Assembly (NCBI RefSeq): GCF_028641065.1
Contig: NC_073407.1
Span: 18,290,001-18,354,000, forward strand
Reading direction: 5' to 3'
Length of the DNA: 64,000 bases
Source of the DNA: Leucoraja erinacea
Taxonomy: Eukaryota
Both the position numbers and the translations under genes were made by a program. The notes under the pieces were generated by a model, which saw only the letters and a list, made by a program, of their open reading frames with translations, made no database searches and was not told the origin of the DNA. Below, in pieces: positions 27,409 to 39,605 of this stretch (the stretch's first letter is position 1; the number at the start of each line of letters is the position of its first letter).

Positions 27409-28431
27409 GTAAACTAATGTATTCTTGTTTTACAGTGCACTAAATATATAATGTTCCACCACCCCAGCACCAGTTATTTTAGATCTAAATTGCTTTAGAA
27501 ATGAAATTCACAAAAAAAATCCAATTGAAAATAATCTGAGAAAATAACATGTATTTTCACATGTTGAAATTTATTTTTTTAAATAAAACCTCTTTACAGT
27601 GGAAAAAATGTAGTTAAAAATATCAGACTTTTCATGTTTTACCAAGTAACATGTATTTATTTTAATCATGAGCCTGTCACATAACTGGACACTATAACAA
27701 AGTAATAAGATTATTCTGGTATCTGTATGAAATATTTTGTATAGTAAAAGTAATTGTGAAAACAGACACTATTTGCCTTTTTAGGGAAATGTATCTATCT
27801 TAACTGGCTTTAGTTATATATAAAAAAAAAAACACTTTACATGATTTGACCTGTAAAAATGTTGACACAAAAATATCAGTAAAGGCAAAACAAGAAAATT
27901 GTTGAACAATAATCCCATGTTGGATATGCTTTTTCACGTTTGCTACGAAGGAGAAATTGAGTACCTTGTGCATGAATAGGTCATTAGTGCATTGCAAAAT
28001 AAATTAGTCTCTTCTCGTTGTTATTTCTTTAAGTGGGACGGTGGGATTAAACTTGAACATAATACATTGCTGATTTCTTAGCAGGGTTCATTCGTCAAGA
28101 ACATTTACTCAATTTTAAAATTATACAAAAAGTGTATTTTTCAAAGAAGTGCAGTGGTTCAATCTATGCAATCTGTCAAGCTATGCAATCATTTTCAACT
28201 AATTACTTCCCTACTGTATGTATGTAAACATGTGTGAAATTCTCAATCTTTAAATAGCAGCTTAAAATCACTACAGGAACAAACTGACAAATTGAGATAG
28301 ATTGAAATAGCGCGATCCCCAGGTAAATCCATCAACTGCAGCAGTCAATTACCCCATTAATTTTATTTTTTTTATTAAAAAAGTGTCCAGTGTCGAAAAG
28401 CAAAATATATTCAATTAAAAAAACACACATT

Positions 28432-28676
28432 CTACAAGTAAAAATCCACCTTGGTGGCTACGGTTTTGCAGCCTTTGTCTGAATAGATCTTTTCATTTTC
28501 TGGGAAGTATGTCATTTCATCAGCTACAGCAGTAATAATTTCCTCATCCGCCTCATAACCCCTGGCTACCAGTTCTTCCTTGACACACAACTTGACATGT
28601 TTATATTCCAGAGGAAGGAATGGGACAAAGTAGTCAATCACGTTTCTATCAATGAGGCTGGTGTGCCAGAATCCAC
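28432..28676 (-). CDS. tor1: Torsin-1 copy 1, exon 5 ([27 protein letters not shown]...[15 protein letters not shown])
   Basis: 245-nt terminal exon; sensor-II GCK motif; five exons give a 1008-nt ORF (335 aa). Confidence 0.96.
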
Positions 28677-29581
28677 CTATCCAATTAAACAAAAATACAT
28701 TAGTTTACAAAGATCACATCAGGCAAAGCGTCAAAATCATACAGCCATTCATATCTGAACTTGGGTTTTGTACCATTTCCATTTGCATCGTTTTAAAATT
28801 CTTCATTACCCTAAACACATCACAATCTACGTAATCTTGACCAAACCATAAATCCGTCAGGATCTCTGTAGATCACCAGCTGTGGACCTGCATAATCATT
28901 CCACCATTTGTTCAGCTATCAGCATCAGCAATAAGCATCTTCCAGTTCCTTCCCTTAACATCGGCCTTTAAGATGCTTCATTGACCAATCATTTGGTCAC
29001 CTGTGCTATTACCGTTTCAAACTTTTATTGGATAACAATTTTTATAGAAGTGAAGCCTTCCCAATATTTTACAAGCTTCAAGCTCCTGCTGCACTGAATT
29101 AGCCTTCAACCAAACATTGTGGAAACTTAGCAATAAATGTCTGTGCTCCTGACACTACAAGAAGAAAAGGCAATCCGCCAGTGCAGTAACCTTTGATGGG
29201 AAAACAAATAAAACTGTAGATGCTGAAATCTGAAACAAAAGCAGAGATGCTAGAAGAACTCAAGCGTTATCTGTGGAAAGATAAACCAGTCAACATTTCC
29301 AGTCAGTGATCCTTCCTCAGAACAGAACTTTCAGCACTTTGATTACCCTCAAGTAGTCAATGCTGGAAAGCACATAAATGCAAACTGCAAGCATGTCAGA
29401 ATAGAATTAGATGCATGCAGCTCCCAACATGAGCCTGTCAAACCTGTATAAGGAATGCCATAGATGTGCACTGGTAACTAGAATACTCATGGAAGTGGAA
29501 AAAGATATGAACAGATAAACAAAGGCACATTGTTGAAAAACGTCTAACATAGCCTTCATGAAATTGACAATGGATGTTTAA

Positions 29582-29858
29582 TTTAGTTTAGAGATACAGC
29601 ATGGAAACAGTCCTTTCGGTCCAGCAAGTCCATGCCAACCAACACACACCCATACACTCGTTCTATCCCACACACTAGGGACAATTTACAGAAACCAATT
29701 AACCTACAAACCCGCACCTCTTTGGAATGGGGGAGGAAACCAACACCGGTCACAGGGAGGATGTACAAACTCCATACACACAGCACCCGTAGTCAGGATC
29801 AAACCCAGGTCTCTGGCACTGGACGGCAGCAATTTTACCGCTGCGCCACTGTGCCGCC
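29582..29858 (-). mobile_element. tRNA-derived V-SINE (HE1-like); paralogs at ~49379-49652 and ~63855-64000
   Basis: Minus strand GGCGGCACAGTGGCGCAGCGGT (A box) ... GGGTTTGATCC (B box), V-core-like GGTTTCCTCCC..TCCAAAGA, (CTAAA)n tail. Confidence 0.8.
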
Positions 29859-30039
29859 ACAATGGTTGTACAGATTTCCAATTGGGGAGCATATTTTGTT
29901 CCAGTGTTCTTCATTGCACATTCCTCATTTTAAGCAAAAAAGTATATATTAATCAAATTGTACAAAGAAGCTTCCAATAATTCCAAGTTGAACCAGTGCA
30001 GCTCATTTCAAAATGCCAAAATTTAGCATACATACTTAC

Positions 30040-30167
30040 TGTTTTTGTTATTGAAGACTCCGATAGACAGTTTACTGTCAAGATCTTTCAATTGAATTTC
30101 CTCCCTTTTGCTTCCTTTGTGCCAAAAGTCCAGTGCAATCTCAGTGATCCTCTCTCCACCTGCATTG
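30040..30167 (-). CDS. tor1: Torsin-1 copy 1, exon 4 (SNAGGERITEIALDFW...VFNNKNS)
   Basis: 128-nt AG/GT exon; sensor-1 SN. Confidence 0.96.
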
Positions 30168-31717
30168 CTGTTCACAGCAAATAATAGTGATTTATAACAA
30201 ATAACCAAACACTAGCTGGCATAGGCTTAAGGTGAGAGGGGAGAGATTTATGGGGCAAAATTTTCACTCGGAATATAGTCTGTATGTGGAATAAGCTGCC
30301 AGAGGAAGCTGTAAAAGTGTAAACAATTATGGACATCTATATGGATAGGAAGGTTTCTGCGGGCTACAGGCCAAATGCAGGCCAACAAGACCAGGCCTGT
30401 ATACCAACTTTGGTCAACATAGACATGGTGGACCAAAAGGCCAGTTTCATGCTGTACAGCTCTATGACAAGTCACAAAGGGTATCCTCTGGAGCTTGCAG
30501 GCTTTAATACACCTCAACTCAACAAAACATAACTACCCCATCCTTCGCAAGAATTTCTACATCATGAGGCTCCAGAAAATTTATCATGAAATCTCTGATG
30601 GCATCTCACTGTAGTACTGATGAAGTGATGGAACAGTTAGAGATGTCTTCTTTAAAATAAAATGTTAAATATGCCCTCCAAGCTGATTGTCGAATATTCT
30701 ATTGTGTTATTTTGCAGAAGACCAGGGAAGCTCCCTCCCGTGTCTTGACCAATACAAATCCCACAATCAATTTCAGGCACAGAAATTATCTGACTAATTA
30801 TCAAATGTGTTTGTGGGAGCTGTTGTGCTCAGATCAGCTGGCCTGCTTCCTATGGGCAGCACAGTGGCATAGATATGAGTGCTCCTGCTTCAGCGCCAGT
30901 GGCCCAAGTTCAAATTTGATTGGGTGCTGACTGTGTGGAGCTTACATTCTTTCCTGTGACAACAAGTTTCTTACTGGGGTCTCAAATTTTCTCTCACATC
31001 CCCAAAAAGTGCTGTGTGGTTGGTTAATTAGCCTTGCGTGGGGTTGGGTGGTAGAACCTGGAGGGAATTAATGAGAGTGGAGATGAATAGGGAAAATTAG
31101 TGGGGGGGGGGGGGGGGTGGTACTGTTCTGACTGGTCATAGGTTTGATAGGTTGAAATAAACTCCTTCCATTAGGAAATATGGAAATGACCACTTCGGAG
31201 GTATTTCATGGACTTTATAGTATTCTGGTCAGTATTATATAACAAGATATTACATGAATGCAAGTTAATTCTTATTCTTTAAGAATGCTTGTTTGGTGTT
31301 AAGGGGTTATGGGAAGAAGGCAGGAGAATGGGATTGAGAGGCAAAGATAGATCAGCCATGATTGAATGGCAGAGTAGACTTGATGGGCTGAATGGCCTAA
31401 TTCTGCTCCTCAAATTAATAAACAAACAAATAATTTGAACATCATGTAAAATGGCATGCTTCAGTTGTTGCTCAGCTCTTAGACCACTGCTTGCTTTGTT
31501 GTCTGTTGTTCTACAATGACTGATCATGCATTACATTTATTCCCTCCATCATAATTTCAATACCATTTACAATATATTACAAAGCCTTCAGTAAATGTGC
31601 AATTATTGTCAATAAAATAATGTACCCAATTCATTTCTATTTCAAATTCAGTATTTTTATTCCTTAAAGTTAATGATAGACTTTGTTCATGTGATTCACT
31701 ATAAATATATATTTTAC

Positions 31718-31893
31718 CTCAGAAAAATGAAAATCGCCTTCCGGTACACCACTCCATCAATGTTATCATAGTACTCCAAATAAGGCTTAATGGCATCAAT
31801 AAGGCCTGCTTGCATCTTGTCCATTTCATCAAAAATGAACATGGACCTGTCACACGTGGACACATTACCACGGATCCATTTCTGCAGCTGCTC
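31718..31893 (-). CDS. tor1: Torsin-1 copy 1, exon 3 ([27 protein letters not shown]...KAIFIFLS)
   Basis: 176-nt AG/GT exon; Walker B FIFDEMDK. Confidence 0.96.
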
Positions 31894-33758
31894 CTAAGGA
31901 TAGACATTTATTTTGTATGAAATATATTCACAGAAGCAACAACTCTTCACCCCACCACCACAAATCCCCAAACACACCTATTCTCAACACAAACACAGCA
32001 TCACTGAGATGATTATATATTATCCCCAAGTCAGGGTTGATGATATTACAGGACTTTGCCTCGTTATGGCAAGAACAAAAATCACTATAAATAAATGGTT
32101 GGCTGCTGAAGACGAGTAAATTTGACACTTGATATGCACGTATTGTTATGTAGCTGTCTGGTGAAGCAAGACATTTAAGTACAGAAGAGGCTTAGTTTGG
32201 TCGATTCTGCCTTTCACCACATAATAGAAAAACAAATATTATCTCCACTTGAATCACCAACTCTCACATATAGAATGTCTCAAATACATGTTTATACTTA
32301 TTACTACCAAACATTTGGATATTGCTGCTTCTTATAAGGATCTCTGTTGTCGTTGATGCCATTTCCATGAAGAGACTAAAGAACAATTTATTCCATAAAT
32401 CCTTTAGCTGTGGGGCAACCATTTTTAAGGATGTAAATACAGTATCAAGGCGTATCCAGTAAATTAATATGCACTCAAGTCAATAAACTTCACATGAATT
32501 ACATATTTAAGCAGAAGTACTCTGCAATGTAACCAGAATCATTATTTGGAGGGCAAATGGTCTGATTTGATGTGATACCCATTCCCAATTTTCTTTCCTA
32601 CATCTGCCGAGGTCCATCTCCAAAGCACCGTGCCAGTTCCAATAGCTCTCAGAATGTACCTACATTACATGTGTAGCAGGTTATTCTCCGATACCAGTCA
32701 GGCATCAGAAATGAGTCTGATCATCAAACATGGCCAATTTATCAGTATATGAAGCTTATCTGTCCTGCCCAACTTGAAGGCACCAATCTGCATTATTGCT
32801 TCTCCCAATGTAAGGGTGGGTGGCCTCAATGTGTTATGATTTTTTTTTAAATGAAAGAACTTTTATTTTCATCAATGCTACATTTATTGCTTGTAGTAAA
32901 ATTGGCTCATTTTCTAGCACTGTGATATTCCCTCGTGAATGATTTTCAATAATTGCCTTACATCTAGCATAAGGAAAGTCTTGTTAAGTGTTGGCACTAT
33001 AACGTTTTATGATTAAGTCCCATCAATTGACCAAAACAAAATTGATAACATATTTGTCAATTCCTCAATGAGTATGCTACCAAGTTATCTGCATTGAGTA
33101 TTTAGTGCTCAGCGTTCAGTTGGGTGGGATATCCTAGGCAGCCTCGTTTGTTTTATCTTCTGTAATCTTATGACCACCCAGCTAATCACTCCAAGTCACT
33201 TTTGGGGGCATTTTTTTCCCAATGTACGATTACAATTGCTTTGTTTGAGAACAATCCTCTCAAATGTCGTCGGACTTTTATACTACGTTAAAAAGGCACA
33301 TTATAATGAAGCTGTTGTGATGACATGCAGGAGAAGATTAGAAGCAAATAATCAGTATTGTTTTAATTTATATAATGAAACATTAAATACAAAGAACTGA
33401 TTTCCATGCACCACTTTAATCGCAAGGTTTGGAGGTTGTTTAACTATTTATATTTTTTCTTATGCATTCACCAAAAGTGATTACAATTAGATTAAAACCA
33501 TAACTCACTTGGTGATCCATTATTTTATAAAGAAACTTTTTAAACTGCATGATTAAAACACAGCATTCACCATGCACCAAATTTCTATCATTTCATTCAT
33601 AATCCTTCTGAAAACTTAATTAAAATGCATAACTCACTGCTGATATCCAATACTCTCTATGCTACCCCTCATGTTTTGATTTTTTAACTACGAGGAGCAT
33701 TGCCCCACACAAAATATCCCATCTAGCAATTTAAAATGTACCCATACTCTGATGTTAC

Positions 33759-34024
33759 CTTATAGTGGCTGAGATATTCAGGGTGAGGGAAGTGCAAAGT
33801 GGAGATAAACTGATGAACATATGCACTCTGCAGTCCATTTGTGTAAATGTTCTCAGCTAGTATTTTACTAATTAGGTTTTTGCCGGTCCCGGTCCAGCCA
33901 TGTAGAGACAAAGCTAGAGGTTTTTTAGGGTTTGGATTTGTGAAGAAACCATTAACAGCCTTCAAAACAACTTGCTTGGCAATATGTTGTCCAAATAGTT
34001 TGTTATCCAAGTCCATCTTCAAAC
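33759..34024 (-). CDS. tor1: Torsin-1 copy 1, exon 2 (LFGQHIA...HGWTGTGKN...HFPH)
   Basis: 266-nt AG/GT exon; torsin-type Walker A GWTGTGKN. Confidence 0.97.
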
Positions 34025-36221
34025 CTGGTTATGGAAATAAAAGGTTCAGATTATCACACAAAGAACAAAATTACTTAGAATGCAGAGTTTAACTGTTACA
34101 CACACGTTTCACATTTTTAGTGCATAGCTGAAGGGATGTTAAACATTTGGAGATATTGCCTCTTCATCAGTACATAAAGCGGAGGCACTTTGCTTTCTAA
34201 TGTGGACATCACAGATCCCAAAGCATAAGGAAAGGGGGAATTATCCCTTGTGTCCTGGCCAATGCCTACCCTTAAGCAATGATCGAGTTATGATGCTCTT
34301 TGGTGCACACTTACTCTACACCAATTGGCTGGCATATGAAGCAGGTTTATAATAGAGGCTATACTTCATTGGTTGATGAACCACTTTGAGATAGCCCAAG
34401 GATAATTTTCCAGCGATTCAATGCTTAAAAATGAAAGCACCATTTTAATGTGAAGTGCATTGTACTGAGTACAGTACATTAAAAAAGCAATCAATACCCC
34501 GCCCCATAAGAGTGAAAATGTCTAATTTCTGACCTCGGACTGTTTCTGTACTCAGTTACACATCTGCCAATCCTTAACAACGTCTTAAATTTGCTTCTTT
34601 TCCTACCCTGCAAATGTTTTTGACATTCCTAACGACATAAAGACCGCCTACTTCCATCTTTGTTTCATCATCTGTCCTACTTCATCTAATATCCTTAGAA
34701 AAACCTCATTCATTTACTTGTGTCACTCCAGATTCCAGTCCAGGCAAGTCCTGGCAAGTCTTCTATCCCCATATCTGGAATCTTCAATGCAGGCAGATTC
34801 CTGCTGCTGGGGTTTGACAGGAATCAGTGTTCACCCTTCATGATTTATATTACAAATTAGATTAAGAGACTGTATGAAGCTAAAACAAAATATGCGGGTA
34901 AAGAATAGAACAACATGTTGATTGGTTTAGATGGTTTAGAAGTTTATTGATAATACTGATAGAGGTGGATGTTTCAATGTAAAAAGGAGTTCAAAATCAT
35001 GATAGATATGGACAAATGACATGACTTGGAAGCAGGGGGCAAAGGGAATTCATTCCCTTTGATAGGAGATATAAAAACAAGCATTTTAAACATTGAGATT
35101 GGTAAATTGTGATGTACAGTGTAATCTTGACACACTGGTTCATTTAAATGTGTAAACAAATGTAAATAAGTGAGTACCAGCAATTGGGAAAGTAAATGAT
35201 TTGAACATCTTAATTGCAGAGTTTTTAGTATTAGTTTTAGAGATACAGCATATTTTGGTCCACCAAGTCCATGTTGACCATCAATCACCTGAACACTAAT
35301 TTTATGTTACCCCACTTTTGCATCCTACACTATAGGGGCAATTTACGGAAGCCAATTAACCTACAAACCGGCACGTCTTTCGAATGTGGGAAGAAACCCA
35401 AGCACCCGGAGAAAACCAATGCAGTCGCAGGGTGAACACGCAAACTCCATACAGACAACAACCAGATGGTGTGGAAGTACAATCTCATTTTAGAATGACT
35501 GATAACTAGAACCACCGTCTCAGACAAATAAATGAGGATCACAGCCAGAACGTAGCAATTGGACAGGCGCATGGATTTGCAGGGAATGGAGGGATATGGG
35601 TTACATGCAGGTAGAGATTAATTTTAGCCCAGCATCAATGTTCAGCACCGATATTGTGGGCTGCAGGGCCTGTTCTTGTGCTGTATTGTTCAGATTCAGA
35701 TTCAGATTCAATTTTAATTGTCATTGTCAGTGTACAGTACAGAGACAACGAAATGCATTTACAACGAAATTGTAAATTTCGTGTGTTCTATGTTCTGTGA
35801 GTGTTGGAGGTCAGGAGAGACTAATAAACGTATATCAATTTATGAGAGGCTTCCTGTGGTGTACTGTTTTATCTATTTATTACATTATTATAGAAACAAT
35901 ACTATTTCAATGACCACATTTCACTCTCCATCCATCAAAAGAGACAAATAAAGTTAAGATTAAAAAAACAATTGCTTCTCCCTATTATTTAGGGCCAAGT
36001 TATTACTGGTTTATTGCTGGATTTGTATCCAAATCTGAATTTGCATTGTAATTCCCATCAGCAAATATGTGTTGTGCATTGTACATTGTCACAACTACCC
36101 TGGGGAGAGCAGACGTGTTGCAAGGTGGCCTGTGCAATCTGCATGCAAAAGTCCTGTGGATGCAGTACAAATAAATAGCCGGTGTATGTTAACGTGGCGG
36201 TGAGATGTCACGACCATTTAC

Positions 36222-36414
36222 CTGTCAGGTTGAGTTTCACCCACTCGTCCTCACAACACTCCTGGAACTTGCAGTACAGTTTGGGGAAGGTGGTGAAGAG
36301 GCCGGTCAGAGCGGTGGCCACGCCGACTGCGATGCCCATACTGATGGGCTCCATGGCCGCCACAAAAGGGGTGGACAAGAGCACGAGCAGCACAGCCCGG
36401 ACCATCACCTTCAT
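36222..36414 (-). CDS. tor1: Torsin-1 copy 1, exon 1 (signal peptide, hydrophobic domain, YCKFQECC)
   Basis: ATG at 36414, donor G|GTAAAT; MKVMVRAVLLVLLSTPFVAA-MEPISMGIAVGVATALTGLF. Confidence 0.93.
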
Positions 36415-36782
36415 GTTGTCGGTTTCCTGGCGGCCGCCCCCTAACAGGCGACGAGGCACAAGACCCCGCCTCAACGCAGCGGCCAGCGAGCCCTGACAAC
36501 CCAGCGGAAGAGCATGCGTCGTCACATCCGCCCCCTCTGACCTTTCCCCTTCCCCGCCCGAAACCCTCAGCCAGACATGTTTGTGAGGGGCATCCACACA
36601 GGCAGGAACAATGATCTTATAGCGGAGCAAGATGGTCTGCTCCTACGTAAAACACGTAGTACGGTCATGCGCAGATTCATGGGCGATTATAGGACCCATT
36701 TTAGCAACCAGCCTCCGGCAAAGATCAGATCTTTGTTTCCGCCTCCGCTCTCGTATCTTCACTTTGGTCTTTGACTTTGACC

Positions 36783-37042
36783 ATGCCGTCCATATCTACC
36801 AGTGTTGCCTAGTGTTGCCTACTGCTCTGCGGTGAATTGTTCCAATCGCCAATGTAGGCGACCCGACTTGTCTTTCTTCAGTGTTTAAGAAGGAACTGCA
36901 GATGCTGGAAAATCGAAGGTACACAAAAAAGCTGGAGAAACTCAGCGGGTGCAGCAGCATCTATGGAGCGAAGGAAATAGGCAACGTTTCGGGCTGAAAC
37001 CCTTCTTCAGACTCTCTTCAGGTTCCTCGTTAAGGAGGAAAG
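36783..37042 (+). pseudogene. Disrupted THAP-domain first exon of the P-like transposase
   Basis: Removing a 10-bp tandem duplication (36811-36820) and a repeat insertion (36882-37014, TSD TCTTCAG) gives MPSISTSVAYCSAVNCSNRQCRRPDLSFFRFLVKEER followed by GTAAG; fits the THAP CxAxxCxN...SFFRF pattern. Confidence 0.75.
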
Positions 37043-37836
37043 GTAAGAAAAGACAAATAAATCGCAATAAAAGCGAAAAGATGCCTATGTTCCTTCCACA
37101 GCGTGGGGGGGAGCCTGGCCCGGATCAGCACCAGAGATCTTTGATCAGCACGGCCAAGACACCAGAGTGAAGTTGCGGGGAGGTTTACAATGTTTATTAT
37201 TTAATGTCCCTTCTCTAGTCTGAAATAAAGATCATCATTGGATATAAAAATCAGAAGAAATATAATTGTTTAAGAAGGATCTGCAGATGCTGGAAAATCG
37301 AAGGTACACAAAAAAGCTGGAGAAACTCAGCGGGTGCAGCAGCATCTATGGAGCGAAGGGAAAAGGCAACGTTTCGGGCCGAAACCCTTCTTCAGAAATA
37401 TAATTTCAGAAACCCTTATATTCAGAAATATAATTGTGTGTGTTATATGATTATATACACCTATATCACATTCATGTATGTGTGTTCTTTCCAGCACAAT
37501 CTGGTCAGTTGTATGCTCATGGAATAAAACCATCCTTAAGTTATACATCTTTTGTAAATCTTGCTCAAAACAAATTTAATTTTGTGAAATTCTTCAATTA
37601 GATAACCCCACCATTACAGGCAGATCTCATTCCACTCTCTGGGTATTGGGAAGATCAGACCCCATTTTATTTGTGGAGAAACAACTCCATAGAAAATAAG
37701 CACAAAAACATTCAGTAACATTCCAGGGCTAGAGCAACTGGAATCTTCATATTGCTATTATTTCCCCAAATACTGCAATTGTGAACAGTGTGATTACATT
37801 AGTGTGATTAGATGAATGAATTACAGAGTGCAAGTG

Positions 37837-38284
37837 TAATACAAAATCAACTCAAACACAGCAGATGAGCCATTTAAAAAGAAATGATTTAAAAAACATT
37901 AAAAAAAAAAGAAATTTACCAGAGTCAAAATTTATAAACATTTTATTCTTTAACAAGAATTAACAGAATTATAAACTAACAGAATTATGAATCTAACCCT
38001 ATATCACGCACAAAAACTGTTCCCCCGCAACGTTGATTACCCTGCGAGTCGGGTAGGGTAGGTTCCGGTTAATACAAAATCAACACAAACACAGCTTATG
38101 AGCCATTTAAAAAGAAATGATTTAAAAAACATTAAAAAAGACAATTACCAGTCAAATTTTATTCTTGACAAGAATTAACAGAATTATGAACTAACAGAAT
38201 TATGAATCTAACCCTATATCACACACAAACTGCTCCCCCACAACGTTGATTACACTGCGAGTCGGGTCGGGTAGGTTCCGGTTA
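37837..38284 (+). repeat. Tandem duplication of ~215-230 bp inside the P-like element
   Basis: 37837-38069 and 38070-38284 both run TAATACAAAATCAAC...GGGTAGGTTCCGGTT. Confidence 0.85.
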
Positions 38285-38410
38285 CTAAAATGGGTGGGGA
38301 AAAATGCCCAGGATCCGCTCCGTAACGTACTACACGTCAGCCCATTGCATTTCGCAGAAGTGGCCTATCTTGCTCCGCTATAAGATCTTTGGGCAGGAAC
38401 AAAGATTATA

Positions 38411-38873
38411 GTGATGTTTCACGGCAGTCGGGTCACAACCCGTGCTGTTGCTACGCTACGCCAAGTGGAGTACACGCGATGAACTGCAGGTAAGCACTTA
38501 CCATTGTTTCCAGCGTAGCGGGCCCGTTAAAACCCGCCGAAATTGTCAATTTTTGCGCTGTAAATAATTATGGAAATCGGGATAAGCGTGAGAGACATTT
38601 AGCCTACTTCAGAATTCCAAAAGTGAGGAGGAATGATGGTAGATAGAAGCGAGAGCTGAAGGGACAACAACAGCCAGAGTGTCTCACGCTTACCCCGACT
38701 TCCACAATTTTTTACAGCGCAAAAATTCAACATTTTGGCGGTTTTTAACAGGTAGGAAAGTACGCGTTTCTTGCATTAATAACATATACCGGAAGTTACT
38801 GATGTCCTCCAGATGGATTGAGCGACTCCGTGCGTCAAGCCCTATGACCCAGTGACCTTACGTGCACGCCCCC
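38411..38873. mobile_element. Foldback MITE (internally deleted relative of 56145-57160) inserted at TATA
   Basis: Shares CACGGCAGTCGGGTCAC start and GACCCAGTG...CGTGCA end with 56145-57160; TATA on both sides. Confidence 0.8.
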
Positions 38874-38939
38874 TATAGAGCAGAGCCTGCAATAGTAAGA
38901 GATTTGCAAGACTATCTCAAGAAGTATTAAAGGTGAAGT

Positions 38940-39605
38940 ATCCAGGACTTAGTTAACTTCACCACCAATTCCATCCTATACTCAAATTCACTTGGACCAT
39001 CTCTGACACCTTGTTCTGCGCCCCTCTCTTGATCTCATCGGCTCCATCACAGGAGATATACTACTGACTGATGTCTGTTATAAACCAACTGACTCCCACA
39101 ACTATCCAGACTACACTTCTTCCCACCCTACTTCCTGCAAAAACTCTATCCCCCTACTCCCAATTCCTCTACGCTGCATCTGCGCCCAAGATGAGGTATT
39201 CCATTCTAGGACATCTGAGATGTCCTCATTCTTTGGGGAACGGGGGTTCCCCACTTCCATCATTGATGAGGCCCTCACACATGTCTCCTCGTTCCCCCTC
39301 AGCTGCGCTATTAGTTCCCGCCTAGTCACAACAGGGACAGAGTCCCCCTAGTCCTTTCCTTTCACCCCATCAGCTGTTGCACACAACACACAATCTTCCA
39401 ACATTTTTGCCACCTCCAACGGAACCACCACTAGTCACATCTTCCCTTTTCCCCTTCCGCAGAGAACCTTTCCTCCGCAACTCCCTAGTTAAATCATCCC
39501 TTCCCACCGAAACCACCCTCTCCCCAGGTACCTTCTCCTGCAACCGCAGGAGATGCAACACCTGTCCATATACCTCCTCCCTCAACTCTGTCCAGGGACC
39601 CTGAT
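38940..39605 (+). mobile_element. Penelope-like remnant (RT thumb to Cys-rich linker)
   Basis: PGTFSCNRRRCNTCPY motif of the kind preceding the GIY-YIG endonuclease; paralog of 26160-26590. Confidence 0.75.

Larger units (their letters stand above)
36609..38391 (+). mobile_element. Non-autonomous P-element-superfamily DNA transposon
   Basis: 25-bp TIRs (24/25 identical) CAAAGATCTTATAGCGGAGCAAGAT; 8-bp TSD GGCAGGAA (36601-36608, 38392-38399); empty site in paralog at 57868-57875; THAP-like exon inside. Confidence 0.88.

Noticed and set aside
29790-29858. tRNA-like A and B boxes
   Set aside because: Head of a V-SINE, not a complete tRNA cloverleaf
36415-36630. N-terminal extensions of torsin exon 1 in the ORF track (also 57690-57830)
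   Set aside because: They start at non-ATG codons or inside the transposon; the ATG at 36414/57689 directly precedes a signal peptide
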